A DNA stretch of 64,000 nucleotides from an uncultured Eubacteriales bacterium. Its GTDB lineage: Bacteria > Bacillota > Clostridia > Christensenellales > CAG-138. Shown here piece after piece: positions 62,562 through 64,000 of the stretch. The stretch is taken from NCBI GenBank assembly GCA_902761365.1, contig CACWJZ010000006.1, positions 24,371-88,370 of the forward strand, given 5' to 3'. The number at the start of each line of letters is the position of its first letter. Position 1 is the first letter of the stretch. The position numbers and the translations under genes are program-made. Under the pieces are notes generated by a model. That model was given only the letters and a program-made list of their open reading frames with translations, had not been told where the DNA came from and did not search any database.

Positions 62562-64000
62562 TTATCCCAGGGTGAAGGTGATGGCGTACTGGGGGTATTC
62601 GGTCCGTTGGAACTTCTGCCCCATATAGGCGCCGCCATCCGATCTGGGGTTCTCCGTGCGCACGTTGAGGGGCAGCTCCACAAAGGCGTTGTTTGGACCC
62701 TCAAAGCCGGTCACATACCGCAGCACAGGGATCAGCGTCACGGTTTGAATATCCTTGATGGTCTCCAGGTTCAACCCCTGTATGTCCACGATATGGAACG
62801 TCAGGGTGCCGTCGTCGTTGGGCTTGAGACCATAGCCGCCGTGATACCAGTTGCCTTCTTGGCCGTCGATCAATATCTTGAAGTCGATGGGCAGCATGGA
62901 GACCAGGTTGGTCCAGGCCGCCCGGGCGTTCCCTTCCATGCTGTCGGGCAGGGTGATCCTTACGTCCAGATCGTAGATGCCCAGAACGTCGGCGTGGGCG
63001 CCGGGCAGGGTCTCCATGGTCATGCCGTCCAGAGACGCAGCGCAGTTGGTGAACACCTGCAGCGCATTGTTCCAGTCCGTGGCCGGCTTGGTGTGGTCCT
63101 GCTCTTCCACCAGCTCCATATAGGTGAAGACGGTATCGCCCTGCCAAACCACCTTGTTCTGATCCGCTTCCACGGTTCGATTCTCGATGGATTTGTATCC
63201 GGTCACGTTGAACCGCACCGTGCCCGCCTCCACGCTCAAGAGCTCCGTGGGAGGCAGATCATAGTCCTCCTCCACGAACACGTTGAACCAGGCCTTGGCG
63301 GTCACGGTCCCGCTCTCGTCCGCGTTCTTTTCCAATATCTCCGGCGCCTCGGCCATCATCGTATAGGCGACGATCTCATTCTTCTCCAGAAACGCCTGGT
63401 TCATGCGGTCGATCTCAGATAGCTCTTCCGGCTGCAGATCGTCCCAGTGGAAGTTTTTGGCTTCCAGCGCCGCCCAATGGGCCTTGAACGCATCCGTTTC
63501 GGTCTGATCCAGGAAGCCGGACATTCTGGACCCGTCGGGGAACACCAGCAGGAGCTCCGACGTGGGTCGCCAATACAGCTCCTTCTCGCCGGACAGAAAC
63601 TCCTTGCCCGGACCGCCTTCAAAGAAATCATACATGCGCTGGGGGTCCACCTTCACCAGGGTGGCGCTGCCGCCGGTCCAGCTGTCCAGCAGGGGCAGGG
63701 CCGCCGTGCCGCCCAGGCGCAGCGACACATAGGCCATGCTCCCGTCATACAGGGTGTCGCCCAGGGTGATGCGCACGTCTCGGCTGAGCAGCTCTGCCAC
63801 CTTCAACGCCCCCTCGCTGTTCACCGCCCGGGAACCGTCGCGGTCGATCAGGGTCACGTTCACCTGCGTGTCTTCCGGCTTTGCCGTGGCGATCATGCTG
63901 TCCAGCGCGGGGATGACGGGCCGCTCCGAAGGCTCGGCCGTCAGATAGTCCTGGGGCCGGGAGATGATCCCCAGCCAGGAGAGGACCTCCGCCCGGGTGG
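62562..64000 (-). CDS. Large hypothetical protein, N-terminus outside window
   Basis: The reading frame stays open upstream of the Met at 63896 all the way to the window edge (..TRAEVLSWLGIISRPQDYLTAEPSERPVIPALDSMIATAKPED..). I recognise no motif. The composition looks like a soluble beta-rich extracytoplasmic protein. Confidence 0.6.
   Translation of the reverse strand, partial: TRAEVLSWLGIISRPQDYLTAEPSERPVIPALDSMIATAKPEDTQVNVTLIDRDGSRAVNSEGALKVAELLSRDVRITLGDTLYDGSMAYVSLRLGGTAALPLLDSWTGGSATLVKVDPQRMYDFFEGGPGKEFLSGEKELYWRPTSELLLVFPDGSRMSGFLDQTETDAFKAHWAALEAKNFHWDDLQPEELSEIDRMNQAFLEKNEIVAYTMMAEAPEILEKNADESGTVTAKAWFNVFVEEDYDLPPTELLSVEAGTVRFNVTGYKSIENRTVEADQNKVVWQGDTVFTYMELVEEQDHTKPATDWNNALQVFTNCAASLDGMTMETLPGAHADVLGIYDLDVRITLPDSMEGNARAAWTNLVSMLPIDFKILIDGQEGNWYHGGYGLKPNDDGTLTFHIVDIQGLNLETIKDIQTVTLIPVLRYVTGFEGPNNAFVELPLNVRTENPRSDGGAYMGQKFQRTEYPQYAITFTLG

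Noticed and set aside
58607-62704. Two long minus-strand ORFs (58607..60055 at 482 aa and 60983..62704 at 573 aa)
   Set aside because: They are antisense to the amidohydrolase and nrdD genes respectively. Both are Gly/Ala/Val/His/Pro-rich with no motifs. They are shadow ORFs.

Overview
This 64-kb chromosomal window looks like a high-GC, Clostridia-type anaerobe. That is an inference from gene content: yidC-jag-mnmE, dgt-dnaG-sigA, nfeD-floA, ecfA1-ecfA2-ecfT-truA-tadA, nrdD and a selD/yedE/yedF selenium cluster. I support about 58 protein genes, 5 tRNA genes (Thr-CGU, Pro-CGG, Leu-UAA, Val-CAC, Ser-CGA), several promoters and terminators, and two families of non-coding repeats. I found no integrase, transposase, CRISPR array, prophage or recognisable defence system. 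Most of the window is housekeeping. Many long ORFs in the track are antisense shadow ORFs typical of GC-rich DNA and are rejected.

The main signals that ordinary annotation does not explain:
1. At all four tRNA loci, the tRNA terminator is followed by one or two modules. Each module has an antisense copy of that tRNA's 3' end, a hairpin core, and a sense copy of the same 3' end. The cores fall into two sequence types shared between loci.
2. mnmE is bracketed by inverted copies of a roughly 130-nt, three-hairpin, purine-tract element.
3. An ECF sigma gene carries a frameshift and lacks region 2.1/2.2, yet is still coupled to an intact 692-aa membrane partner.
4. A four-gene, translationally coupled operon encodes a VTC-domain protein, a DUF4956 protein, a phosphodiester glycosidase and a small membrane protein. 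It contains one of three phosphodiester-glycosidase paralogs in the window.
5. A nfeD-floA operon carries an extra tail-anchored zinc-ribbon gene and further membrane genes.
6. An ABC-F gene has a roughly 170-nt leader with a terminator-like hairpin.

All product calls come from reading motifs by eye. No database search or folding computation was possible, so family assignments and the novelty statements need checking.
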